From contig CAYVHO010000006.1 in assembly GCA_964451325.1 (NCBI GenBank), positions 49,959 to 113,958 on the forward strand: a stretch of DNA of 64,000 nucleotides, written 5' to 3'. The first letter of the stretch is position 1. The number at the start of each line of letters is the position of its first letter. The position numbers and the translations under genes are program-made. Positions 1 to 7,651 of the stretch are shown piece by piece. The notes under the pieces were generated by a model. The model saw only the letters and a list, made by a program, of their open reading frames with translations. It did not search any database and was not told the DNA's origin. Origin of the DNA: an uncultured Nitrospira sp. (lineage in GTDB: Bacteria; Nitrospirota; Nitrospiria; SBBL01; JAADHI01).

Positions 1-139
1 TTTTCAACCACCCAAAGAACAGCTTAAACCCTTTATTGTCATTTGAGTGTTTTTTTTGTTTAAATTTTTTGTTTTTAAAGAGTGCTACATCAAATGTCTT
101 TTTGGAAATATCTATGCCAACTGAAATCATTTCTGTCAT
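1..139 (-). mobile_element. IS110-family transposase, N-terminal 46 codons only (gene runs off the left edge)
   Basis: Not in the ORF track because it is truncated. Minus-strand ATG at 139-137 is preceded by GAGGA. Translation MTEMISVGIDISKKTFDVALFKNKKFKQKKHSNDNKGFKLFFGWLK shows the V-G-I-D-x-S-K..F-D-V-A N-terminal signature of the DEDD/RuvC-like domain of IS110 transposases. Confidence 0.7.
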
Positions 140-410
140 CATTGTCCTCGCTAACCTCGTAATGCAGGCTCACCATAAATGGGGCCTTAGATACCGTCCT
201 GCGTTTTGAACAAATTCGCTTGGGGCACCTATCTGACCCACAGGTTCGAGACCTAAAGTCTTGTCGATGTCACCCAACCGTGCCAGTAAAATCATCTTAC
301 ATTGTTGGCTCTCTTAAGATACGAGGTCTTGTTTTTTGCTTCCAGGCTGATGGTTTGACTAATCCGCGAATTTGGAAGAGGGCAAGACCTCGTATCTGAC
401 CTCAGTGACT
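140..410 (-). other. Non-coding region upstream of the IS110-type transposase (candidate IS left end / structured 5' RNA)
   Basis: About 270 nt without a credible ORF between the transposase ATG (139) and the mazF stop (411). Contains the nested hairpin at 317-397. IS boundary not determinable from this window. Confidence 0.35.
317..397. repeat. Perfect 15-bp inverted repeat (317-331 / 383-397) with an inner 6-bp helix (339-344 / 373-378)
   Basis: AGATACGAGGTCTTG ... CAAGACCTCGTATCT read directly. Inner CTTCCA / TGGAAG gives a long stem with an internal loop and a 28-nt apical loop. Confidence 0.9.
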
Positions 411-764
411 TTATAGTTCTTTTAGCTCAATTAAAAGTTTAATGCCTTCTATGACTTGTTTTGCCCGAGAGGGCGACAAGGTTCCTATCTTTTCAATGAG
501 GTCAGTTTTATCAATCGTAACAAGCTGAGATATATTGACAACGCTCTGCTTCTTTAGATTGGCCTCGCCTTTTGACAATAAGACATTTCCTGGGACTCTT
601 GCCCGTTTAAGATTAGATGTCAGGGCACAGACAACCACCGTATGAATTTTACTCTGATTGAACAAATTATTTTGGATGACAACATGAGGAGGTTTGTAGC
701 CTGGTGCTGAACCCGAAGGAGTGCCCAGATCCACTCAGAATATGTCGCCCTGCCTGATCACCAT
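411..764 (-). pseudogene. mazF: MazF/PemK-family type II toxin interrupted by an in-frame TGA (735-737)
   Basis: ATG at 764-762 overlaps the antitoxin stop (ATGGTGA). Reading is MVIRQGDIF-TGA-VDLGTPSGSAPGYKPPHVVIQNN... The GDIF(W/L)VDLG strand is the conserved MazF N-terminus. The ORF track only reports the GTG-restart ORF 411-734. Confidence 0.75.
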
Positions 765-1006
765 TTTTCAGCCTTGAGCGACTTGGCATAATGTTTCTTG
801 CTTTGTTTTCTGAGCGCTGTTTCCTGTTCTGTCTCGGTATCAGAATAAACCTTGTTGATGGTTTCCAATATGATCTTGTTTCTCCGTCTATTGATGTAGT
901 CTCTTACTGCATCCGCAAAAATCTGGCTGCGTGAGAGATGTAATTCTGCTGCCAGTTCCTCAAGCGTTTTAAATAAATCGTCGGGTATGGAGATGGCTAT
1001 TTTCAT
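758..1006 (-). CDS. Ribbon-helix-helix (CopG/MazE-like) antitoxin
   Basis: Start moved to ATG 1006 (SD GAGGAA upstream). MKIAISIPDDLFKTLEELAAELHLSRSQIFADAVRDYI is a typical RHH fold sequence. Overlaps the toxin start. Confidence 0.8.
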   Translation of the reverse strand: MKIAISIPDDLFKTLEELAAELHLSRSQIFADAVRDYINRRRNKIILETINKVYSDTETEQETALRKQSKKHYAKSLKAEKW

Positions 1007-1182
1007 GGCGGTTTCCTCTAATTGTTCATTAAGGTTTTTGATATGCAGTACCGGCTTTAGACCTAAGTGATTGATTTTAAAAATAAAATATGTAAGAACA
1101 GAGCCCATTATTTGCTATAATATAACACATGTAGTAACATGCCTATATTGGTGTTGCCTAAACGGGGTTTTGGAGGTTTTGT

Positions 1183-1440
1183 ATGAGTATCACAACCGTT
1201 TCCAGCAGAGAGTTTAATCAAGATGTGAGCAAAATAAAGCGAGCTGCTTTGAATGGGCCGGTCTTTATCACTGACCGAGGTCACCCGGCGCATGTTTTAT
1301 TGACAATGGAGGAATATCAAAAAATCACGGACAAGAGGGAAAATATTGTCGAGCTCCTTGCAATGCCCGATGCGACCGACATTGATTTTGAAGCACCTCG
1401 TCTGAACAAAGCACTTTATCGACCTGCGGACTTATCATAG
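1183..1440 (+). CDS. Phd/YefM-family antitoxin
   Basis: 85 aa. SSREFNQDVSKIKRAALNGPVFITDRGHPAHVLLTMEEYQ is typical Phd/YefM. Stop overlaps the vapC start (TAGTG). Confidence 0.85.
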   Translation: MSITTVSSREFNQDVSKIKRAALNGPVFITDRGHPAHVLLTMEEYQKITDKRENIVELLAMPDATDIDFEAPRLNKALYRPADLS

Positions 1441-1883
1441 TGTATTTGTTGGATACCAATGTTATTTCTGAATTGAGAAAAGCAGGGTCGGGTAAAGCCG
1501 ATAAAAATGTCGTGGTGTGGGCCAATAGTGTTTCTGCAGCGAGCCTTTTTTTGTCGGTGATTACTATTTTAGAACTTGAAACAGGGATACTTTTGCTTGA
1601 ACGGCGAGATCCAAGGCAGGGGGCGGTGCTTCGGGCTTGGTTCAATATGAATGTGTTGCCGGCATTTTTCGGTCGTATCCTTGTGATAGATACCGTTGTT
1701 GCGCAATGTTGTGCCAAACTTCATGTTCCCAATCCACGCTCGGATCGAGACGCGATTATCGCAGCGACGGCATCAGTGCACTGTATGACGGTGGTGACAA
1801 GAAATGTCGATGATTTTAAGCCTACAGGCCTTGAAATATTGAATCCATGGGATCCCATGAAATCCGCTTCATCAGTTGAATGA
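1440..1883 (+). CDS. vapC: PIN-domain toxin VapC (FitB-like)
   Basis: 147 aa, GTG start. LLDTNVISELRK (first acidic PIN residue), ILELETG and VVTRNVDDF motifs. Confidence 0.85.
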   Translation: MYLLDTNVISELRKAGSGKADKNVVVWANSVSAASLFLSVITILELETGILLLERRDPRQGAVLRAWFNMNVLPAFFGRILVIDTVVAQCCAKLHVPNPRSDRDAIIAATASVHCMTVVTRNVDDFKPTGLEILNPWDPMKSASSVE

Positions 1884-1946
1884 AGCGGCAAATCTGATTT
1901 TGCTTGTTTTTAAATATAATCAGCCCGACTGAGGGGTTTTGATTTT

Positions 1947-1972
1947 ACAAAAAAAAGACCGCTCCAAAGCGG
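1947..1972 (-). terminator. Rho-independent terminator candidate downstream of the hybrid kinase gene
   Basis: Minus strand reads CCGCTTTGGAGCGG followed by TCTTTTTTTTG. 5-bp GC-rich stem, 4-nt loop, T-run. Confidence 0.5.
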
Positions 1973-2027
1973 ATTTGATTCTTTAAACATAGGCAATTCG
2001 AAAGATGCAAAAAACAGATATGTGTGA

Positions 2028-4040
2028 TTAGATCGTTTCATTTTTCAAACGCTGAAGCACGCGATGAGATTCTTTTTCTGCGTTCAGATAGATGTTGTGG
2101 GCGCTGTCGATCTCTGTTTCTTTTCCTGCGGTTTCCATTTGTTTTGCAAGCTGTGACAGACCGATGGCCCCCGGTTGCAGGCTGACGGATTTTAGGGAAT
2201 GTGCGGCTTCACGAATCGCAATACTGTCCTTATTTTCAATCCCTATTTTAATGTTTTTCATCAGGCGTTCTATATCTGATATGGTGGCGGCCATGAGTGT
2301 GCCAAAACCTTTGCCCACGAGATCTCGCAGGGCCTTGAGGGCCACATCGTCAATGATAGAAGTATTTTCCTTCAGAGACGGGAGTGTTATGGTGCTTTTT
2401 TTTGTCGAGGATTGTGTCGCCCATTGTCTGATTTTTTCAGAAATCTCCCGCCCTTTGACGGGTTTTATCAGGTAATCATTCATGCCTGCGTCGAGGCATT
2501 TTTCTCGGTCTCCTGCCATGGCATTGGCCGTCATGGCAACAATCGGAACTGGATTGTTGCGTTGCCGAATTGCTGCTGTTGTTTCGTACCCGTCTATTTC
2601 GGGCATCTGACAATCCATGAAAATGAGGTCGTAGTTTTTTGAGTCAAGTAATGCCAGTACCTCTTTTCCGCTTGCTGCGATATCCACCGAGCAGCCCATT
2701 TTTTGTAACATGCGTTTTGCAACCAACTGGTTGATTTGATTGTCTTCTGCGACAAGAATGTGTTTGCCGTTTGAGTGGGTGTGCGTCGAAGGACTTGTTT
2801 CTTTTTCAGCAAGTGTTCTTGCAGGTTCTTTTTTTTCTCTGTCACTGCACAGGGGAAGGTTGAGAGAAAAACTTGAGCCAATTCCGTCGTGACTCTTGGC
2901 TTCAATCCGTCCTCCCATGAGTTCTGCGAGCTGTCTGCTGATGGCAAGCCCTAAACCCGTACCGCCATATTGTCGTGTGGTTGAAGGATCGGCTTGTGTA
3001 AACTTTTCAAAGATGTCTTGCAGCTTCTCTTCGGGGATGCCGATGCCACTGTCTTTGACGGTCAAGCGGACGTCTGTTTCTGTCTCGGTCTTTTTCTGCG
3101 TTGAAACGCTGATGAGAATCTGCCCCTCGTGTGTAAATTTAATGGCGTTTGAGATGAAATTGATTAAAATTTGCCCAATACGCCCGGTGTCTCCAATGAA
3201 ATACCGGGGCAGGTGTGATGGGTATGCAAGATTCAAAGAAAGTCCTTTTTCTTCTGCTTTTGATTTTAAAAGTTCCGGAACGTCTTTGAGTAATTCTCTG
3301 AGATCGAAAGGGATTTTTTCGATCTTTAATTTTCCGGCTTCTATTTTGGAATAGTCGAGAATGTCATTGATGATGCTGAGCAGGGCATTGGCTGAACGAT
3401 TCAAGATCTCCAGATATTCTTGTTGTTCTGAATTTAAGTCTGTATCGAGCACCAATTCAGACATGCCGAGAATGCCATTCATGGGGGTTCTAATCTCATG
3501 GCTCATATTTGCGAGGAAATCACTTTTTGCCAGATTAGCAGCTTCTGCGGCTTTTTTGGCACGTCCTAATTCGCTCTCTGCACGTTGACGTTCTTTCACT
3601 TCCTCTAAGGCCTGGTCTCTCATCTTTCGATAGTCTTGGACTTTGTTATTGAGATCTGTGATGTCTTGAATAGAAAAGAGTGCGTTAAATCCACTGCCTT
3701 CGGTATCCGGTAAGGCACTCGCGGAACTATGCTGGGTTCGAAATGTGCCATCTTGAAGGGGAATGGGAATAATGTATTTGTGCAGATGAGAGGAAAAAAC
3801 AGCGGGAGGGCCTCCCTCAAATATCGTTTGCAATCTGGCTCGGACAAAGGGTTTTTTGAGCAATGGGAAATGCATGTCAATTTTTGTCCCGAGAATCTGA
3901 TTTCGCTCAATACCGGTCCAATCTTCGAGCCAGGTGTTCCAAAAAATCACAGAAAAATCAGATTTAAGGATGAAAATTCCGATCGGAATGTGGTCGAAGG
4001 GGTTGAAGTTTTGTGCGTGGTCTTCCATTTTTATATTCAT
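2028..4040 (-). CDS. Hybrid sensor histidine kinase (PAS - HisKA - HATPase - REC - HPt)
   Basis: 670 aa. H-box [19 protein letters not shown]-boxes DSGIGI / [11 protein letters not shown], receiver [22 protein letters not shown]-terminal HPt [12 protein letters not shown] overlap with the upstream gene. Confidence 0.95.
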   Translation of the reverse strand: MNIKMEDHAQNFNPFDHIPIGIFILKSDFSVIFWNTWLEDWTGIERNQILGTKIDMHFPLLKKPFVRARLQTIFEGGPPAVFSSHLHKYIIPIPLQDGTFRTQHSSASALPDTEGSGFNALFSIQDITDLNNKVQDYRKMRDQALEEVKERQRAESELGRAKKAAEAANLAKSDFLANMSHEIRTPMNGILGMSELVLDTDLNSEQQEYLEILNRSANALLSIINDILDYSKIEAGKLKIEKIPFDLRELLKDVPELLKSKAEEKGLSLNLAYPSHLPRYFIGDTGRIGQILINFISNAIKFTHEGQILISVSTQKKTETETDVRLTVKDSGIGIPEEKLQDIFEKFTQADPSTTRQYGGTGLGLAISRQLAELMGGRIEAKSHDGIGSSFSLNLPLCSDREKKEPARTLAEKETSPSTHTHSNGKHILVAEDNQINQLVAKRMLQKMGCSVDIAASGKEVLALLDSKNYDLIFMDCQMPEIDGYETTAAIRQRNNPVPIVAMTANAMAGDREKCLDAGMNDYLIKPVKGREISEKIRQWATQSSTKKSTITLPSLKENTSIIDDVALKALRDLVGKGFGTLMAATISDIERLMKNIKIGIENKDSIAIREAAHSLKSVSLQPGAIGLSQLAKQMETAGKETEIDSAHNIYLNAEKESHRVLQRLKNETI

Positions 4041-4648
4041 TTTGTATCTGCAGTCACAATGTGATCTATTGCGGAGAGCAAGACACCGAAGGACTCAAAA
4101 TCAAAGACCAAGGCGACATCGCCTTCGATGTGGTGTTTTTCGATATTGAAGCGGGTTTGCGCCAATAAAATGGTTTCTTTCAAGTTTGCATTTGCAGTGC
4201 CAGGGCTGTCAGAGGAAGTCCCTTCTGAATAACAAGGGGTCGAGTAGCTGAGACGTTCTGAAAGGATGTTTGCGATGGAGCCCATGACACTGTTGATCAC
4301 GATATTGCCCATTTCCATCAGCACGCCCGCACGAATGGAATCCAGGTCATCGTTAAAATCCTCCTGACCCATGACGATTGAGACGAGTTTTGAAGCGCTT
4401 TCTTTTGGAAAAATCAATTGAGCACGTCCGGAAAATGACCCCTTAAATCTAAGCTGTACGGAAGAAATTGCTTCACCTTGATCTGTTTCGACACCGGCTT
4501 CTACTTCTTCAGGACTTAGGATTCTAAGCATTGGCACTTTTAGGGTGACCCGCGCATGCAATAAATCATTTAAAATGCTGCCTGCACGTCCAACCCCGAT
4601 ATTGATCATTTCTTTGAGTGCATCAAGTTGTTCTACTGAGGGAGTCAT
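4037..4648 (-). CDS. CheC-family (CheC/CheX/FliY-type) phosphatase
   Basis: Start moved to ATG 4648 (ATGA overlap with the receiver gene stop). Two motifs fit the CheC active-site pattern x-x3-E-x2-N-x22-P: DALKEMIN-22 aa-P and GVLMEMGN-22 aa-P (counted by hand). Confidence 0.8.
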   Translation of the reverse strand: MTPSVEQLDALKEMINIGVGRAGSILNDLLHARVTLKVPMLRILSPEEVEAGVETDQGEAISSVQLRFKGSFSGRAQLIFPKESASKLVSIVMGQEDFNDDLDSIRAGVLMEMGNIVINSVMGSIANILSERLSYSTPCYSEGTSSDSPGTANANLKETILLAQTRFNIEKHHIEGDVALVFDFESFGVLLSAIDHIVTADTK

Positions 4649-5022
4649 TTTGCCTTTCCTTCGCATGTTTGCAGCATCATCGAAAGTGCATTCAGGATGT
4701 CCTCTTTTTTTATGGGTTTGTGAATGACCTGAAGCGCACCCAGATCTAAGCACTCCTGCCGTGCATCTTCTTGAATATCTGCCGTGGCCACGACAGTGGG
4801 GATATTTAAACCCGATTGTTCAAGTTTGCCCAGGAGCGCAAAGCCATCCATTTTTGGCATGGCCAGGTCGCTGAGGATACAATCGGGTTTTTCTCGAGTG
4901 GCCTTTTCGAGGCCATCCTGCCCATCGACGGCTTCGATGACTTCATGTCCTTCGGCCACGAGGATTCCTCCAATGATTTTACGCTGCAATAATGAATCAT
5001 CTATCACCAGGACACGTGCCAT
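4645..5022 (-). CDS. CheY-like single-domain response regulator
   Basis: 125 aa. VLVIDDS, phospho-acceptor context ILSDLAMPKMDG, VVATA, HKP. Confidence 0.93.
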   Translation of the reverse strand: MARVLVIDDSLLQRKIIGGILVAEGHEVIEAVDGQDGLEKATREKPDCILSDLAMPKMDGFALLGKLEQSGLNIPTVVATADIQEDARQECLDLGALQVIHKPIKKEDILNALSMMLQTCEGKAK

Positions 5023-5095
5023 ATCTTCCCTCCCTTTTTAAGTGATGCTTCTGCGCGATTTTTTCCCTGACTGAGGGTTTATTTTGCGATCAGCT

Positions 5096-5521
5096 CTATC
5101 TCAAAAGCTGCGACGCGGATTCCAAGACCTTTTTCACACGTAAAAACTCCATCTCAAGTCCTTTGATTTTTTTTGGGTGATTCGCTGTTATGCCGGAGCG
5201 CGCCGTCGTTTCTAAGTCCTTGCAGCGTGCAGAGAATGCGAGCGCCCCAAGCGTGGCACTACTTGATTTGAGGCTGTGTGCTATTTTTGAGATATTTTTT
5301 GCATCATTTTTAAGTGTATATTCTGAGAGTGATGTGATCTGTTCAGGGACACTGTTGATGAAAAGGTTTAACAATTCAGAAAAACCATCCTCCATAACTT
5401 TGCGGAGGGCATCGAGGATCTCCATGTCGATTGCATTTTCCCCTGGCCTTTCTAAATATTTTTCGGAGGTGTTATTGAAGTTGTGATTGTTTTTGCGGTG
5501 CACATTCCCCTCTTTTCCCAT
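5096..5521 (-). CDS. HPt-domain phosphotransfer protein
   Basis: 141 aa. IAHSLKSSSATLGA histidine phosphotransfer motif. First gene of the operon. Confidence 0.8.
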   Translation of the reverse strand: MGKEGNVHRKNNHNFNNTSEKYLERPGENAIDMEILDALRKVMEDGFSELLNLFINSVPEQITSLSEYTLKNDAKNISKIAHSLKSSSATLGALAFSARCKDLETTARSGITANHPKKIKGLEMEFLRVKKVLESASQLLR

Positions 5522-5604
5522 TTAAAGCAGAGCTTGTTTCCCATCCACTAATTATATCGACCGTTTTGGCAAAAATACTTCATCGCATAAGTTCTTGATA
5601 TTTT

Positions 5605-5765
5605 AGGAACCTCTGATTAAGTCTGTGTTGAATTTTTCATGAGACAAAATTTCCTGATTCAAGACGCAAATTGCAGAGAATAGCGCGTTATTTTCAAAAT
5701 TTGGAACACAGAAGCTGGGAATTTTTGCCCTGAAAAAACAATTCATGACTTGATCAGAGGTTCCT
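5605..5765. repeat. About 160-bp imperfect palindrome in the divergent HPt / purU intergenic region
   Basis: Outer arms AGGAACCTCTGATTAAGTC (5605-5623) and GACTTGATCAGAGGTTCCT (5747-5765) match 18/19. The arms continue with interrupted complementarity (GAATT..TTTTCA..CAAAA..TTCC). Confidence 0.85.
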
Positions 5766-5994
5766 TTATTCATGGGGAGGTGCCTTGAAAGCATGTCTCG
5801 TGGTGTACGAAATTATGAATTAAGAAAGGTTGCTGGTGTGCTATGTGTTCACGAAGAGATTTGATTATGGTATAGGTACAGCGATTTTTATAGGGCAATG
5901 AGATGCCGAAGCGTTCCTTTTATTTCTGGTGAGATAAGAATGGCGGTTTTTTTTAATACGATTGACCGGAAAGGCCCAGTCTGTGAAAAATGAT

Positions 5995-6864
5995 ATGAAA
6001 AATAGGCCGACGGCAGGTGTTATTTTAAGGGCGTCTTGTTTTTTACAGAAGGGCATTGCGGCAAAATTGACACAATTTGTTTATGGGTTGGGTGCAGAAG
6101 TTATTGACTATGATCAATATGTGGATACTGAAAAAAGCTATTTTTATTGTCGCATGGAATGGGCTGGGCCTTCAGAAGAGGTACAACAAGACGTGCTGCG
6201 TACACGTTTTCGAGATGAAGTTGCAGGCCCGTATCAACTGAACTGGGATCTGCGTTTTAAAAATAGACCCTTGCGTCTTGCCGTTTTTGTGACCTATGAA
6301 TTGGCCCACCTTTATCGTTTGTTGATGAAATGTCTCTCCAAACAATGGGATGCCAATATTGAGCTTATTGTCAGTAATCATGCAAATCTGGCTCCTGAAG
6401 CGGCGCGCTTTAATGTGCCTTACCATTATCTGCCCATCGATAAAAACAATAAAGCCGTGCAAGAAACGCGTCAATTGGCACTGTTGAAAGAAAACCAGAT
6501 TGATCTCATTGTTTTAGCGCGTTACATGCAAATCGTCACGGACACGATTATCGGGCCTTATGAAAATCGCATCATCAATATTCACCATTCGATGTTGCCT
6601 GCATTCGCTGGGGCAAAACCCTATCATCAAGCCCATGCCTGTGGTGTGAAACTGATTGGTGCGACGGGACATTATGTGACGAAAGATTTGGACGCGGGTC
6701 CGATTATCGCACAAGCGGTTAAGACGGTCGATCACCGTAAGTCTGTCCCTGCTTTGGTTTCGGTGGGTCGAGACTTAGAAGCAGAGGTGCTGGCGCGTGC
6801 TGTGGCACTGCACATTGATGCTCGAATTTTAGTGGGTGAGGGGCGCACCATCGTTTTTGACTAG
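5995..6864 (+). CDS. purU: Formyltetrahydrofolate deformylase
   Basis: ORF track 5962-6864. ATG 5995 is the more likely start. NIHHSMLPAFAGAKPY and HYVTKDLDAGPIIAQ formyltransferase core with an ACT-like N-terminus. Confidence 0.9.
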   Translation: MKNRPTAGVILRASCFLQKGIAAKLTQFVYGLGAEVIDYDQYVDTEKSYFYCRMEWAGPSEEVQQDVLRTRFRDEVAGPYQLNWDLRFKNRPLRLAVFVTYELAHLYRLLMKCLSKQWDANIELIVSNHANLAPEAARFNVPYHYLPIDKNNKAVQETRQLALLKENQIDLIVLARYMQIVTDTIIGPYENRIINIHHSMLPAFAGAKPYHQAHACGVKLIGATGHYVTKDLDAGPIIAQAVKTVDHRKSVPALVSVGRDLEAEVLARAVALHIDARILVGEGRTIVFD

Positions 6865-6883
6865 GGAGCCTGTCGGACTTAGG

Positions 6884-7651
6884 TCAGAAATTTAACGTCA
6901 TCCCGTCTGTAAGGAGATTTAAATGGGGCAAATTGAGCGCGACAAGTTCTTTTTCGATTTGCTGGAGGTATCTGGGTTTCATATGATAGGCGTAGACAGG
7001 AAGTTGCGGCTGTCCTATTTTTAAAAATTCTTTTTGAAAGAGGGCGGGTGTTAAGTGACCACTTTCATAAGCCAGGTCAGCAAGGGCATTGGGAAAGCTG
7101 ACTTCGATCAGTGCGGCTTTTAATGCGGGTTCTTTTGCGGCAGCCTGCCAAAGGGTTTCGGTCTGCTGTGTGTCTCCACTGTAGAGTAGCGCGGTGTCAT
7201 GCTGACGGATAATAAATCCAGATGAAGGCACGGTGTGATTGACCGCATAGGCTCGGACTTCAAGATCACCAATTTTATAGCCTTCTCCTTCAGAAAGGGT
7301 CTGCATGCGAAAGAGGGGATTTTCAGCATTGGGAAGTCGTGTGAAATCGGGCCAAAGTTGGTTATTTAATAAATGGTTTTGTATGGTTTCTAGCACCGCA
7401 TTCAGGCCGATGAGTGTGACCGATGTGTCGACAGCGCTCATTTGCAGGTTTTCGGAAAAAGACGCGAGTCCCTTTGTATGATCCAAATGCGCGTGTGAAA
7501 GCAGGATGTGTTTGATCCCTTGTTGTTCTGCAAGCTTGAGTTCGCTTGCGATGGTTCCCGCGTCAAGTAAGATGGATTCGTTGATTTGAAATCCGCAGGT
7601 CTTTCGATTTGCAAGTTCGGCCCCGTAACACCCGAGGACCCGAAGCTTCAT
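6884..7651 (-). CDS. MBL-fold hydrolase resembling class II 3',5'-cyclic-nucleotide phosphodiesterases
   Basis: 255 aa. LLSHAHLDHTKGL (HxHLDH) metallo-beta-lactamase motif. Its ATG directly follows the activator stop (TAAATG). Confidence 0.6.
   Translation of the reverse strand: MKLRVLGCYGAELANRKTCGFQINESILLDAGTIASELKLAEQQGIKHILLSHAHLDHTKGLASFSENLQMSAVDTSVTLIGLNAVLETIQNHLLNNQLWPDFTRLPNAENPLFRMQTLSEGEGYKIGDLEVRAYAVNHTVPSSGFIIRQHDTALLYSGDTQQTETLWQAAAKEPALKAALIEVSFPNALADLAYESGHLTPALFQKEFLKIGQPQLPVYAYHMKPRYLQQIEKELVALNLPHLNLLTDGMTLNF

Noticed and set aside
172-300. A 42-codon minus-strand ORF (MILLARLGDIDKTLGLEPVGQIGAPSEFVQNAGRYLRPHLW) inside the IS leader.
   Set aside because: It has no SD and no recognisable family. 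It lies in the region expected to be non-coding in IS110 elements, so it is probably fortuitous.
317-397. The hairpin next to the TA cassette as an integron attC site.
   Set aside because: I found no RYYYAAC / GTTRRRY core sites at the arm ends. The stem is a perfect 15-bp duplex without the extrahelical bases typical of attC. No integrase is present. The adjacent gene is an IS110 transposase.
735-737. The in-frame TGA in mazF as evidence for an alternative genetic code (TGA = Trp or Gly).
   Set aside because: TGA terminates clearly complete genes in the same window: rpoC at 44942-44944, fabG at 18492-18494, and the RHH antitoxin at 758-760. Trp is encoded by TGG throughout. A local mutation or read-through is the simpler explanation.
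5800-5960. A possible ZTP (pfl) or other folate/purine riboswitch upstream of purU.
   Set aside because: Only a vague resemblance (TCTCGTGGTGTACGAA versus the GGGUCGUGACUGGCGAA core). The 3' CCGCCUGGGCA-type pseudoknot partner is absent.
5603-6056. Small ORFs of 63 aa (5603-5794 and 5865-6056, minus strand) in the HPt/purU intergenic region.
   Set aside because: The first is generated by the palindrome itself and the second overlaps the purU start. Neither has an SD or a recognisable sequence.
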